The notes under the pieces were generated by a model. That model did not search any database, had not been told where the DNA came from, and worked only from the letters and a program-made list of their open reading frames with translations. Source: Candidatus Tayloriibacteriota bacterium (GTDB taxonomy: Bacteria > Patescibacteriota > Minisyncoccia > Phycocordibacterales > PALSA-1337). Taken from it: DNA of 48,983 nucleotides. A program made the position numbers and the translations under genes. The DNA lies in contig JBPOID010000005.1 in assembly GCA_052034805.1 (NCBI GenBank), positions 1 through 48,983 on the forward strand, read 5' to 3'. This document shows, in pieces, positions 26,488-36,078 of this stretch (the stretch's first letter is position 1; each line of letters starts with the position of its first letter).

Positions 26488-26676
26488 TTACTTGATCATT
26501 AAATTAATAATTCCTGTAATTAGTCCCGCGACAGAAGCAGTAATGACAATCCAGAAAAACTTCATAATCCAATCTTGATTTGTTTTCATTACTGCCAGGA
26601 TTTCTTTGATATGAGCCAAGTGATTATCCTTGATCTCTTTAATATCATCCTCAATTTTTTCAATTCTTTTTTCCAT
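26488..26676 (-). CDS. holin-like small protein (coiled N-terminus, one C-terminal TM helix)
   Basis: ORF track; FFWIVITASVAGLITGIINLMI; directly upstream of the endolysin. Confidence 0.5.
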   Translation of the reverse strand: MEKRIEKIEDDIKEIKDNHLAHIKEILAVMKTNQDWIMKFFWIVITASVAGLITGIINLMIK

Positions 26677-26682
26677 AAATTT

Positions 26683-27804
26683 TTAATATAAGACATTCGA
26701 TTGAACCTCATAACTTGTACCAGTTGCTCCTGCTGTTCCCGCACTGCCGTTTGCCGATCCCGATCCGCCACTGCTGCCTGCACTTCCGGCCGACCCACCG
26801 GTGAGGACATAGCTTCCTGTCCATGTCTTTGCGGTGTAGACAACGATTGAAGCTCCGCCTGATCCGCCTCCCCCTCCACCACCGCCTCCACCGGCTGATC
26901 CCTGACCTCCCGATGACCCAGTACCACCAGTTCCACCATTGCCTCCGTTTCCACCAACCGATCTTATGGTAAATGTCCCAGCCCATATCTTGGCAACGAT
27001 AAATACTAGGCCACCAGAGGCTCCTGCACCCCCACCGCCGCCTCCACCTCCATTATTTCCACCAGCTGAGTTACCTCCTCCGCCTCCGCCGCCTGATCCT
27101 GACCCTGCCGAGCCATCATATGAGGATTGTGATCCGTTCAAAAGCAAATCGTTACCGAGAATTAGTATGTGCGGAAGGCGTCCCGGTGTTAATGATTTTG
27201 ACGCAGTTCCGCCACTGCTTCCTGATCCTCCGCCAGCTGCGCTTCCATTGTTGTATGAGGAACCATGTCCGCCCGCACCTCCTCCAACACCATTCACCCC
27301 CACTGATTTAGTTGAGCTAATTCCTGCTCCCCCGTCTCCACCTGTATTGGGAGCACCATTACCTCCATTCGCGCCATTTTGTCCTGAAGTATTCGAAAAC
27401 CTGCATCCAGAAACTGCGGCACCGCCGCCTCCACCGCCACCGCCTGAAACTGCTCCGCCACCACTACTTCCGTTCCCGCCATTGCTCCCGTTATTTCCGT
27501 CAGGATATTTAATTGCACCGGTTCCCGAGAGAGTTCCCTTCACGCGGATCATGAATCCACCAGTTGTGAGTGTGTCATTGACTGTAAGATTGTTATAAAA
27601 CATATCTCGAGTAAGGGTTGTCGGGGAAGAAATGGTGACATTGCCATCTGATCCATCACCAGTTCCACCGAATGAATCGTTAATGAAAGAGCCATCGAGT
27701 GCACCATTCGAATTTAGTTTTGGAACTTTTCCCGCATCACCTGCCCCTGCTGTTGATGCGATGAAGTCTGAGGCTAACGCTGTTTGTCCGGCTTGAATTG
27801 ACAT
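26683..27804 (-). CDS. glycine-rich tail fibre protein
   Basis: ORF track. The N-terminal 45 aa are paralogous to the adjacent fibre. Long GGGGGG/GSGG tracts follow. Confidence 0.7.
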   Translation of the reverse strand: MSIQAGQTALASDFIASTAGAGDAGKVPKLNSNGALDGSFINDSFGGTGDGSDGNVTISSPTTLTRDMFYNNLTVNDTLTTGGFMIRVKGTLSGTGAIKYPDGNNGSNGGNGSSGGGAVSGGGGGGGGAAVSGCRFSNTSGQNGANGGNGAPNTGGDGGAGISSTKSVGVNGVGGGAGGHGSSYNNGSAAGGGSGSSGGTASKSLTPGRLPHILILGNDLLLNGSQSSYDGSAGSGSGGGGGGGNSAGGNNGGGGGGGGAGASGGLVFIVAKIWAGTFTIRSVGGNGGNGGTGGTGSSGGQGSAGGGGGGGGGGSGGASIVVYTAKTWTGSYVLTGGSAGSAGSSGGSGSANGSAGTAGATGTSYEVQSNVLY

Positions 27805-27805
27805 G

Positions 27806-28651
27806 TTATGTTCGTATTAAAAAGTTCACAACAAGATATGGAGGCATATTGTTATGGGCAGCATTGCTACCTGCTGAGCCCACATTTGCACTGTCGGTAT
27901 ATGTATTACCGCTTGTCGACCATGCAAGACCAGGACAGGAACCTGAACAGGCGAGCGATCCACTACCTGAATGGTCTATAATGTAGTGACTGTGACTCGC
28001 CAATTCAGCAACACTAAGTGTATGAGTTTTTTCTCCAGTATAAGTATTAGGAGTATCGAGTGTATCAAAATTTGCATCGTTTACATCAAAGCCAAATACT
28101 GTTTTGCCTTTTAAATTCGGAAGGTTAAATGTTGTTGATCCATCACCTACACCAGAATTAAAAACCCTCCAAGTATGTACACCAGATTGCGAACCTGATG
28201 TATTCACTGCCGCACCACCTCGAGAAGTTGAAACTCGGAAATCATTTGCACTGAGTCCTGCGGAGATAACATAATAATCAGTACCTGTTGCAAGACCTGT
28301 AGGTAGAGCTCCTGTTGTCGTCAAACGTATTTTGTCACCAGCAACAAGAACATGGCCATTAGACGTAAAAACGGCAGGCGATGCAATCGTAACTGTAAAA
28401 TTTGCTGACGGGCAAAGAACAGCAAAAAGTGCAGCATATGTCGCTCTAGAAACAGCCTGACCGTTACATAGAAGCCAACCATTAGAAAATGTACGACTCA
28501 TACTCGGAACAATCATGCCTGTGAGTCCGAGAAAACTATTATCAAGGGCACCGTTAGCATCTAGCTTCGGTACTTTTCCAGCATCTCCACTACCGGCCGA
28601 TGAAGCCACGAAGTCCGATGCTAATGCTGTTTGTCCTGCTGTAATTGACAT
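27806..28651 (-). CDS. tail fibre protein with phage tail-collar domain
   Basis: ORF track. NGWLLCNGQAVSRATYAALFAVL (tail-collar motif) and a C-terminal ...TGEKTHTLSVAELASHSH...AHNNMPPYLVVNFLI. Confidence 0.75.
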   Translation of the reverse strand: MSITAGQTALASDFVASSAGSGDAGKVPKLDANGALDNSFLGLTGMIVPSMSRTFSNGWLLCNGQAVSRATYAALFAVLCPSANFTVTIASPAVFTSNGHVLVAGDKIRLTTTGALPTGLATGTDYYVISAGLSANDFRVSTSRGGAAVNTSGSQSGVHTWRVFNSGVGDGSTTFNLPNLKGKTVFGFDVNDANFDTLDTPNTYTGEKTHTLSVAELASHSHYIIDHSGSGSLACSGSCPGLAWSTSGNTYTDSANVGSAGSNAAHNNMPPYLVVNFLIRT

Positions 28652-28654
28652 AAA

Positions 28655-29140
28655 TTAATTTAAAGTTATTTGAAGCTCGATCGTTGTGTCTTCGCCTGTA
28701 CCTTTGGTATATGGCACACCAAAAATTGCACGATTAAATATTTTTCCCGTGCTCACTGAAGCAGTCCCATCAACGAATGAAGCAAATTCGTTGTATGTTC
28801 CATTCGTAAGTACGGCATCAGAGAAAAAGAATTGGAGTGTTGCGACAGCACCTGATACTGATCCAATTGCCACTGCCGCTCGTGCTACTGGAGTTTGAAG
28901 TGCCGTATCGCTCGTTGCTGGTGAATTTGTGCCTGTACCCATATCCGCATGCGTAAGGTTCAAGGTGTAAGTGTTGATGCTGGCAAGTCGTTCGAGAACG
29001 AGAGTTCGACCAGTATGTACGCCCAGCATTATTAAATTTGAAGACCAATCACTTACTCGGAGGACTTCCTTGGTTCCTGCTTTAGTAGTGATAATTCGTA
29101 TTTTGCCCTGAGGCTTTATGTTTTCATTTAATTTATTCAT
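28655..29140 (-). CDS. phage structural protein (baseplate/fibre-associated by position)
   Basis: ORF track; call rests on position only. Confidence 0.5.
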   Translation of the reverse strand: MNKLNENIKPQGKIRIITTKAGTKEVLRVSDWSSNLIMLGVHTGRTLVLERLASINTYTLNLTHADMGTGTNSPATSDTALQTPVARAAVAIGSVSGAVATLQFFFSDAVLTNGTYNEFASFVDGTASVSTGKIFNRAIFGVPYTKGTGEDTTIELQITLN

Positions 29141-29149
29141 ATATTTTTA

Positions 29150-30562
29150 TTAACCCCATGTGCCGAGGTTCCACTTGAGAGCATTGGCATCGGGACCCCA
29201 CTTATATGGACCAGAAGTTGTAGTTGCCGAAACTGCATCACTTGAGGTCATCGTTTCGGCGAACACCTCAAGGCGTTGCAGGACTTCATTTATAGCAATG
29301 GAGATATTCTTTTTGTCTTTACTGAGGAGGTCGAGCATGATGTCGGTGAACGAGACCTGACCAGAAGCGATGAGGTAAATCGTGTACTCCATTGAGCTTC
29401 CATCTCTCACCTTTCCCGTGATCTTGTTTATCTTGAATGTCTTGTCGACACTTCGGAGTACGCTTGATACATGAATTTGTTGACCAACCTTGAGTCCGAT
29501 CTGAACCGTCTTAAACGAAGCCTCGTAGACGCTCTCTGAGTATTTCTTTAATTCAGTTTGCGCTCTCGTTTGAGCCTCATTGATTGAAGTAATGCTCTTA
29601 TCGATTACAGCAGCTTGATACTCGCCGTAAGTTGCTATCGATATCTGGTCACGAACTTGCGCTATGATCGGAATATATGCATCACCAAAGATTTTGATGG
29701 TGTGTCCGCTTGTCGGAGCTGTCGTATATTTAATAAATTTTTCGTTAAAGTTATAGAGAACGTCAACGGAGGACGGATCTGACTGCTGATCGGTACCGAC
29801 AGTGTTCACCGTGGAGTTATCCTTGACCGTGATGTTGTCGTATTTGTACGAGAGAGGAAAAACTTTCTGTGTACCATCGGCAATAAAGATATCCTGTGCA
29901 CTTCCTTCTGCAATCGTCTTTTTGTATTCACCACCTCGAACAAACACCGAGTTTTTGATCTGCGTAATCGTCTTATTTATCTCCAATGAATCCCACTTAT
30001 ATGTGTCATTAGTATCGGTGAGTTCAAAAGGCGCAGACAGATTTTCACTATCGAAGAAGTGAATATCTTTGTCGGGATCAACATACCAATCCCAGCCGAC
30101 CTGATCGGCAAGTTGAGTGAGGCATCGTGTAACTTGCTCGTAGTTAAATTTTATTGATCCTACTGTTGGAGTTGAGGAAGCAACATTTGAGGTAGTAAAG
30201 CCAGAAGTGTATGTGGAGATGAGATCAAGGACAATTGAACGTGCAGTAACCAAGGCATAGCTTCTCACCACTACCTTTCTATCTAAATATTGAGAGTAAT
30301 CTTTACATCGAATTTCGTAAGCAATGAGAAGTCCGCCCTTTACAATCTCATTTCGCTCGGTAATCACTCCACCGAATATTTTCACTCCACCTTCCTCGAG
30401 CGTAACATCATCATTCACGCTTGGAATTGTCTTCGCAGGAGTTTTTATTATTTGAAACTCGAGACGGTCGACTTCCTTTGAAAGCACCTCAGTAATAACA
30501 AGTGTGTCCCACTTAACGTAGCTTGTGCGATCAACTGTATTTATTTTAAGTACGAGTGACAT
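29150..30562 (-). CDS. distal tail / baseplate protein (by position downstream of the tape measure)
   Basis: ORF track; call rests on position only. Confidence 0.55.
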   Translation of the reverse strand: MSLVLKINTVDRTSYVKWDTLVITEVLSKEVDRLEFQIIKTPAKTIPSVNDDVTLEEGGVKIFGGVITERNEIVKGGLLIAYEIRCKDYSQYLDRKVVVRSYALVTARSIVLDLISTYTSGFTTSNVASSTPTVGSIKFNYEQVTRCLTQLADQVGWDWYVDPDKDIHFFDSENLSAPFELTDTNDTYKWDSLEINKTITQIKNSVFVRGGEYKKTIAEGSAQDIFIADGTQKVFPLSYKYDNITVKDNSTVNTVGTDQQSDPSSVDVLYNFNEKFIKYTTAPTSGHTIKIFGDAYIPIIAQVRDQISIATYGEYQAAVIDKSITSINEAQTRAQTELKKYSESVYEASFKTVQIGLKVGQQIHVSSVLRSVDKTFKINKITGKVRDGSSMEYTIYLIASGQVSFTDIMLDLLSKDKKNISIAINEVLQRLEVFAETMTSSDAVSATTTSGPYKWGPDANALKWNLGTWG

Positions 30563-30568
30563 ATATTT

Positions 30569-31924
30569 TTATGCTCTTATACCTCCCAGATTGATCTGGT
30601 TTTTAATAATGCGGGCAAGCTCATTTCCGAATTCTTCAGCCACCTCCGTTGTGGTATAGAAGTCGCCGTTAAGGTTAATGGTTAACCCTCCACCTTGGCC
30701 GAGTTTGCTTAAAGGAATAATGGCTTCGGGACCTGCTTCACCCACAAGACCGAGAGTAGGGCCGGTGACGATGCCACCGTCTGCAAACTTCGACACAACT
30801 GTCTTTACGGCGTTCACAGCCCCTTTTATGGGAGCACTTACGGCTGATACCACGCTGTTATATGCACTCTGAATCGAGGCTATGGCACTCTTGATCTTCT
30901 CTATGCCCGCGTTGAATAGATCAACAATTCCATTCCATATCGAGGTAAAGAAATCTTTGATACCATTCCATGCTTCGACAAATACACCCTTGATGTTTTC
31001 CCATTGTGTTTTCCAGAGCGTATAGAAAAAGATAATCACCGCACCTATGGCGGCGATCGCAGCAATGATGAGACCTAAGGGACCTAGAAGTGTGAGAGCA
31101 GCTGCGGCAGCAACGATAAGTCCCGCAACAAAGAGTGCGGTCAGAAGACTTCCAACAACAATCAGAAGAGTACGGTTGTCCTCAAGAAATTTATTTATTC
31201 CACCTTGTGCTCCAATCCAGTTTTGTATTCCTTTTGTAACCATTTCAATTGCCGGTGCAAAAAGACTTCCCAACGCTTCAGCACCTTCACCTCCAAGCTG
31301 TCGCGTAATATCGAGCTGACCTTTCAGAGTTTCTGAATATGCGGCAGCCTGACCATGAACAGTTTTCATGATGGCAGCAAGGATAGTTTCCTTAGATGCG
31401 TGATCATCGACTTCGATTCCGAATTGTTTCAGAAGTCGTGCATTACCTTGAAAGGCAAGAATCAAAGCCTGGGTCGACTCCTCGAGTCCAATACCCTTAT
31501 AACGTGCCAGATCCATAGCTGCAGTAAATGCTTCGAAGGCAAAAGGGCCGTCATTAGTTGCCTGAAGAAGTTTTGCAATCGAGACCGCAGCTTCTTCATT
31601 GTCAAAGCCGAATTTATTCAATGCTTCATCTGCAACCGCAAGTATCTGGCCTCTCAAAGCTTGCAGGTTTGGAGGAAGGGTTTTGAGAATTGCATCAAAG
31701 CGAGTCATCTGTACTTCTGCCTCAGCAAAGGCACCGATCGCACTTTTCAATATTGCCCCTGCGCCAATCGTCTGAAGCACTCCCGCCAAAGCACCGACCT
31801 TGTCGCCTGCAAAACCAAACTGCCCACCAAGATCTGATAGGCTATTACTCATACTTCGGATTGCAGTACTTGCTTCATCCCGAAGTTGAACCAATATTTG
31901 TAGTTTGCTTATTGACTCTGCCAT
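30569..31924 (-). CDS. tail tape measure protein (short)
   Basis: ORF track. Alpha-helical Ala/Leu-rich N-half and central hydrophobic helices (LIVVGSLLTALFVAGLIVAAAAALTLLGPLGLIIAAIAAIGAVIIFF). Lies after the G/GT chaperone genes. Confidence 0.75.
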   Translation of the reverse strand: MAESISKLQILVQLRDEASTAIRSMSNSLSDLGGQFGFAGDKVGALAGVLQTIGAGAILKSAIGAFAEAEVQMTRFDAILKTLPPNLQALRGQILAVADEALNKFGFDNEEAAVSIAKLLQATNDGPFAFEAFTAAMDLARYKGIGLEESTQALILAFQGNARLLKQFGIEVDDHASKETILAAIMKTVHGQAAAYSETLKGQLDITRQLGGEGAEALGSLFAPAIEMVTKGIQNWIGAQGGINKFLEDNRTLLIVVGSLLTALFVAGLIVAAAAALTLLGPLGLIIAAIAAIGAVIIFFYTLWKTQWENIKGVFVEAWNGIKDFFTSIWNGIVDLFNAGIEKIKSAIASIQSAYNSVVSAVSAPIKGAVNAVKTVVSKFADGGIVTGPTLGLVGEAGPEAIIPLSKLGQGGGLTINLNGDFYTTTEVAEEFGNELARIIKNQINLGGIRA

Positions 31925-32459
31925 GATGTTTTATTCTTTTTCTTTATCTCCGCACTTTCCGCCTTCAACATTTCGATTATTGTGTCTATGAAGGTAGCTG
32001 GCTGACTTTCATATTCCTCTAATGTCCACTTCATCTCTCTGCAAATCATCGCCGCTACCATTTCATCAGTGAGAGAGGCTTTCAAACCTGCGAAGTACCT
32101 CTCCCACGCATACCCTACTTCGCCGACTGAAAATTTCCCTTTGTAACTTTGTTGAGTTCCGCAACCACGAAGTCATACTCCGCAGGTGTAGATTGCTCAA
32201 GCCTGTCAGCAATGTTCTCCGAGCTACCCGCATACGAGATAATGAGTTGCTCAAACGTTCGCTTCTCGGCTTTGAGCATGATTGAAGCGTCAACATCTTT
32301 CATAATGCTTTCACCTTCACTTGCTATATCATTTGGGTCGATCTTGATACCTTCAAGAAAGGCGCTCTTGATGGCATTTCTTTCCTTGGCGTTCATGAAA
32401 GATTTGATAATGAGTTCTTTTCCGAGTGGCGTTGTGAGTTTTATTGTTTCTCTTTCCAT
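31909..32459 (-). CDS. tail assembly chaperone; G form ends at 32115, G-T form is made by a -1 frameshift and ends at 31909
   Basis: ORF track for 32115..32459. By my translation, the -1 frame is open from the slippery site to TAA 31909-31911 (KFSVGEVGYAWERYFAGLK...KKKNKTSWQSQ*) and overlaps the TMP start. Confidence 0.7.
32130..32136 (-). other. programmed -1 ribosomal frameshift heptamer A_AAU_UUU
   Basis: Zero-frame codons are gga aat ttt cag. X_XXY_YYZ is satisfied with X=A, Y=U, Z=U, 5 codons before the G stop. Confidence 0.6.
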
Positions 32460-32477
32460 AATGGTTAATTATTTTGA

Positions 32478-33467
32478 TTAATATGATGCGACTGCATTTG
32501 TTGCTAATGCTGAAATCATCAAGGTGTCGCTAATACTGTAGTGAGCCTTGAATGAAAGTGTCTGACGGACCAAGTCATTGACCTTCACTGGTCGTGTGAT
32601 TTCTTTAAAGATCACTTTGGCAAGATCAATACGGATTTCAGGGTTGGCAGCACTACCGATCGTGACATCAGAGTTTACGAGGTCGAGTCTCATAGCTTTA
32701 GCGGTTGTCGCAAGTGCAGCAGTCTTGTAATCAGATTCGTTTTGCCACAATGCCTCAAAGGTTCCTTCAATTGAAAACTGTTTATTGAGGAAATCTGATG
32801 GCGTAGCGCTTCCGAGAACATCATCGTCTTCGATATTCTGATCAATCTTCAATGTGAGAGATTTGATACTCATGGCAGAAGCGGCACCAAGACCTGAATA
32901 TGATGATGCGAGTTTGAATGTGAGGTGTTGAGGGAGGAATCTGTTCTCAGTTGTAGCTGCAGGAGTCAGAGTCGCCGTTGCTCCCTTCTTTGCCTTGAGT
33001 CCGAGAGTGTAATCAAGGAACTTATTGAGCTCATACGAGATCTCAAGAGAGGTCACTGCTCCGTTACCATGCTTGTAGTCCTGCGCTCCGAGTGGATCAT
33101 CGATGAAAAGCGAGAGTGCCTGATGCTGCGAGCTCTGGGCAATCGTTATGGTGTGATCTTTAATGGACGCATCGGAGTCAGCATTGTCTCCGGTTGAAAG
33201 CGAACCGAGAATCGAATAAAGAATGAGAGGAAAGTGCTTATCACCAATTGGTGCCTTGACTGATCCTTCTGCCCACTCCTTTACTTTGCTCTGGCCGACC
33301 GAATCCTCAATCACCCCACGTGACTGATCGTCGGTCACGAGCGAAAATTTCTCATTGATATCGAGTTCTGAGAATGGAATCCAGTAGGTTGCAGCCGATT
33401 CCGGCGTACCTCGGGAGGTTTCCTTTGCGATTCCGAACTGTATTAATCTTCCTATTCCTTTTGACAT
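32478..33467 (-). CDS. major tail protein
   Basis: ORF track; lies immediately upstream of the G/GT chaperone, the conserved siphovirus order. Confidence 0.65.
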   Translation of the reverse strand: MSKGIGRLIQFGIAKETSRGTPESAATYWIPFSELDINEKFSLVTDDQSRGVIEDSVGQSKVKEWAEGSVKAPIGDKHFPLILYSILGSLSTGDNADSDASIKDHTITIAQSSQHQALSLFIDDPLGAQDYKHGNGAVTSLEISYELNKFLDYTLGLKAKKGATATLTPAATTENRFLPQHLTFKLASSYSGLGAASAMSIKSLTLKIDQNIEDDDVLGSATPSDFLNKQFSIEGTFEALWQNESDYKTAALATTAKAMRLDLVNSDVTIGSAANPEIRIDLAKVIFKEITRPVKVNDLVRQTLSFKAHYSISDTLMISALATNAVASY

Positions 33468-33481
33468 ATATTTTTAATTTA

Positions 33482-33664
33482 TTATTTTTCTTGTAATGAC
33501 TTTCCAACTTTCACTCTCGACTCCTTCCATACTCTCTCCGCTTCTTCCTGACTATCAGCTCGGATGGTCTGAGGAAGATATTCCTGCCCTCCGGAGAAGA
33601 AGTATTCCTGCTTGTTTTTCACATCCTCCTTCCCTATCATTTTGTTTTTGTTATTTGTTTGCAT
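33482..33664 (-). CDS. small phage protein
   Basis: ORF track only. Confidence 0.4.
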   Translation of the reverse strand: MQTNNKNKMIGKEDVKNKQEYFFSGGQEYLPQTIRADSQEEAERVWKESRVKVGKSLQEK

Positions 33665-33668
33665 AAAT

Positions 33669-34112
33669 TTAGAATGATAAATTTTTAATAGCTTTGGCTT
33701 TTACTGAGACCGTAAAGACAATGAATGTACCGTCACCTGAAGTGATACTCTCGGGAGTCGAGGAAGATGGCTCAACACCGCCGTTTGCTGTACCTCCTAA
33801 TGTTGGATCCTCATCGAAGGCGTTTATGATGGCTTCCATAAGTTCCTCAATGTCGTTTGCCGAGGCGACATTCTCTCCTTTCTGAATGATTCCAATCGTA
33901 AAATTGTGGGTACGGAGATTATCCCGGTTCGTTTCAGCCGCTCCCTCAAGAGAAGGTGAGGCAAGGATAGCTGCAGGAAAAGTTCCAATATCCTTGTATG
34001 CAAATCCATCCTGCTTGAAGTCATCAACAATAACTTGACCGAGCGTAGTCGGGACCAAGGAGTCGAGCTTTGCCTTCACTGCATTTTTAATTGTGGTTAC
34101 AATTGCTGTCAT
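33669..34112 (-). CDS. tail terminator / tail completion protein (by position)
   Basis: ORF track; 4-nt overlap with the upstream gene. Confidence 0.5.
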   Translation of the reverse strand: MTAIVTTIKNAVKAKLDSLVPTTLGQVIVDDFKQDGFAYKDIGTFPAAILASPSLEGAAETNRDNLRTHNFTIGIIQKGENVASANDIEELMEAIINAFDEDPTLGGTANGGVEPSSSTPESITSGDGTFIVFTVSVKAKAIKNLSF

Positions 34113-34495
34113 AGTCGTGTTTGATTAGCTATCTGCCTATTCACCATGTCCTGGGCTTCACGAAATATTTTGTTTACCTCAAGCTCAGCTTTTTTGATAA
34201 TCTTGAGCATGAAAGGATTGGCTTTTATATATTTCGTACCGTCATGCACAAAGATTGCGTAATGAGCTGTCGGATACCAAGCAGCTTGAAGCCTTGCTGT
34301 TTTGTACCTGAACGATTGCAGAAGATTTCCTGTCCTCCACGGGACCGGATTATCTTTCAAAGTATTTTTTGCGAAGATTGCCCCGGTTGCCATGACTGCT
34401 TTCTGAAATATCGGTTCAGAAATCTTCGGGTAATTTCTAAAAGCGAAGTTAAGCTCCTTAAGTCCTCGTATTTCAATTTTGAAATCTCCAGCCAT
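34109..34495 (-). CDS. HK97 gp10-family head-tail joining protein
   Basis: ORF track. IEIRGLKELNFAF...PVPWRTGNLLQSFRYK resembles the gp10-family pattern. Confidence 0.6.
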   Translation of the reverse strand: MAGDFKIEIRGLKELNFAFRNYPKISEPIFQKAVMATGAIFAKNTLKDNPVPWRTGNLLQSFRYKTARLQAAWYPTAHYAIFVHDGTKYIKANPFMLKIIKKAELEVNKIFREAQDMVNRQIANQTRL

Positions 34496-34499
34496 ATGA

Positions 34500-35123
34500 T
34501 TAAAAGAAATTTATCCTCCTGTATTTATTAATCGTCTCTTGGTCTTCCGTATTAAGAAGATCTTTCCAGGTGATCGACCCACCGTTAAAGTCCTCTCGTG
34601 ACTTCCCTTCCGCTTCCCGTCTTTTAAAGAGCTTTATAGCAAGCCTCTCTGTAAGATCAGTAAGATCTGCTGGTAGAGTATGCGTACTACTGTCTCCGTA
34701 ATTAGCGAAGTTAATTTTGTAGCCTGCTGTATATGTCGCACGGACATTATTTGTTCCGTGAATAACGGCACCACGAAACTCGATGATTCCTGATGTGCCG
34801 TCATCCAATAATTCCCAATCATCTGCCATAAAATCTGTCCAATTCGGATTACTTTTCAATCCAGCTCTAAATTGAAGATATGAAATAGCAGTGACTGGAG
34901 ATTGTTTTAATACAAGAAGGTTATTACCATTGCTTTGCATCGAATACAATTCATTCATATAAACTGCTACTTTGAATCGTCTATTGCATTCACCTTCAAT
35001 GAAATCCGTTACACTATTTATCAAATACAAAAGTATCGTGTCATGAGTGGACACAGTGATACTGAGCCGGGTCTTTACTCGCGCTACAGTTGTAAGTGCA
35101 TATGAAAGTAATGCTTCTGCCAT
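34500..35123 (-). CDS. head-tail connector (gp6-like) protein
   Basis: ORF track. The N-terminus LSYALTTVARVKTRLSI...ILLYLINSVTDFIEGECNRRF resembles the gp6-like connector. Confidence 0.55.
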   Translation of the reverse strand: MAEALLSYALTTVARVKTRLSITVSTHDTILLYLINSVTDFIEGECNRRFKVAVYMNELYSMQSNGNNLLVLKQSPVTAISYLQFRAGLKSNPNWTDFMADDWELLDDGTSGIIEFRGAVIHGTNNVRATYTAGYKINFANYGDSSTHTLPADLTDLTERLAIKLFKRREAEGKSREDFNGGSITWKDLLNTEDQETINKYRRINFF

Positions 35124-35186
35124 AAATATTTCGGGTTTAAATTCCCGCTCCTTCCTCCCACCCTAGTGAGAGGAAGTGGCTGAAAC

Positions 35187-35657
35187 TTAAGCAGCTGTCG
35201 AGCTGTTACCTACCGGCTCCTTGAACGCATGTCCAAGGAGAGCAGTTGCTCCGATAAGTGCCGCCGGTGATGTACCGCCGACAAATGCAGGAGTCAAACT
35301 GATCTTGAGGTATCGCAAGCGAGATGTTCCAAGTCCTTCGACTCGGATCTGCGCATGCTTTCCGTCGGCCGCAAGCGTAGCAGTAGCTCCGCTCACGTCG
35401 GCGTATGAACCACCTGAAGTGGCACATTCCGTAACCTTGCACGCTACTGAATATGAATCTGGTGTACCTGTTGCCACACCTGTATTCACTTCAATGAGCG
35501 CACTGTTGTAACCGAGCGTATCGATTGCAGCAGAAAGTTTTTCTGAAGCTCCCTGTGCAATCGGCGCAATACCCAGTACTGCTTTTATTCCGTCATATAC
35601 TGAACGCATATGTGTGATTTTTTCCTTTTGGCTTGTCAGCCCTTTCAAGTTCGACAT
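35187..35657 (-). CDS. phage head-associated structural protein (decoration candidate)
   Basis: ORF track; call rests on its position after the capsid gene. Confidence 0.5.
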   Translation of the reverse strand: MSNLKGLTSQKEKITHMRSVYDGIKAVLGIAPIAQGASEKLSAAIDTLGYNSALIEVNTGVATGTPDSYSVACKVTECATSGGSYADVSGATATLAADGKHAQIRVEGLGTSRLRYLKISLTPAFVGGTSPAALIGATALLGHAFKEPVGNSSTAA

Positions 35658-35718
35658 GAGGTGGAATCGGACGATCCCGTCTCAACAAGAAAGCGATTTC
35701 TCGAAAAGAGTTACGTTA

Positions 35719-35997
35719 CTAATCCTTGTGACTCTCATTGGCAGGATCGGTCGCTTGACCTGGCTCCTTTTCAAAGGAACCCTCACCGTTTCCATCCGTA
35801 GATGGAGCAGGTGTACCCTCGCTTGCCCCTTCCTCTTTTGGAGGTTCAATTTGCTCGGTTTGAGCGTGGGCGAGCTCCACATCGGGACCAATGTTTGCTG
35901 CTTCTTCGTCGGTCAGATTCACGGTTGCACCTTTTTCAAGGCGATCACCATTGAATCCGATCGGACGAACAACAGTATATTTTTTTGTATCGCTCAT
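35719..35997 (-). CDS. small acidic phage protein
   Basis: ORF track only. Confidence 0.45.
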   Translation of the reverse strand: MSDTKKYTVVRPIGFNGDRLEKGATVNLTDEEAANIGPDVELAHAQTEQIEPPKEEGASEGTPAPSTDGNGEGSFEKEPGQATDPANESHKD

Positions 35998-36078
35998 ACG
36001 TTATATTGCTTAATTGATAAAATCTGATATTTGTTTTTACTTTTTGGAATGAAAGTAAAAACATATTCAGAGAAAGAA

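Noticed and set aside
26760-27520. Repetitive GC-rich tracts, checked as a possible CRISPR or tandem-repeat array.
   Set aside because: There is no regular repeat-spacer periodicity. The repetitiveness is fully explained by Gly/Ser low-complexity coding sequence.
26939-27598. 219-aa proline-rich plus-strand ORF.
   Set aside because: It is the mirror image of the glycine-rich tail-fibre gene (GGN codons read as NCC on the opposite strand). No independent support exists.
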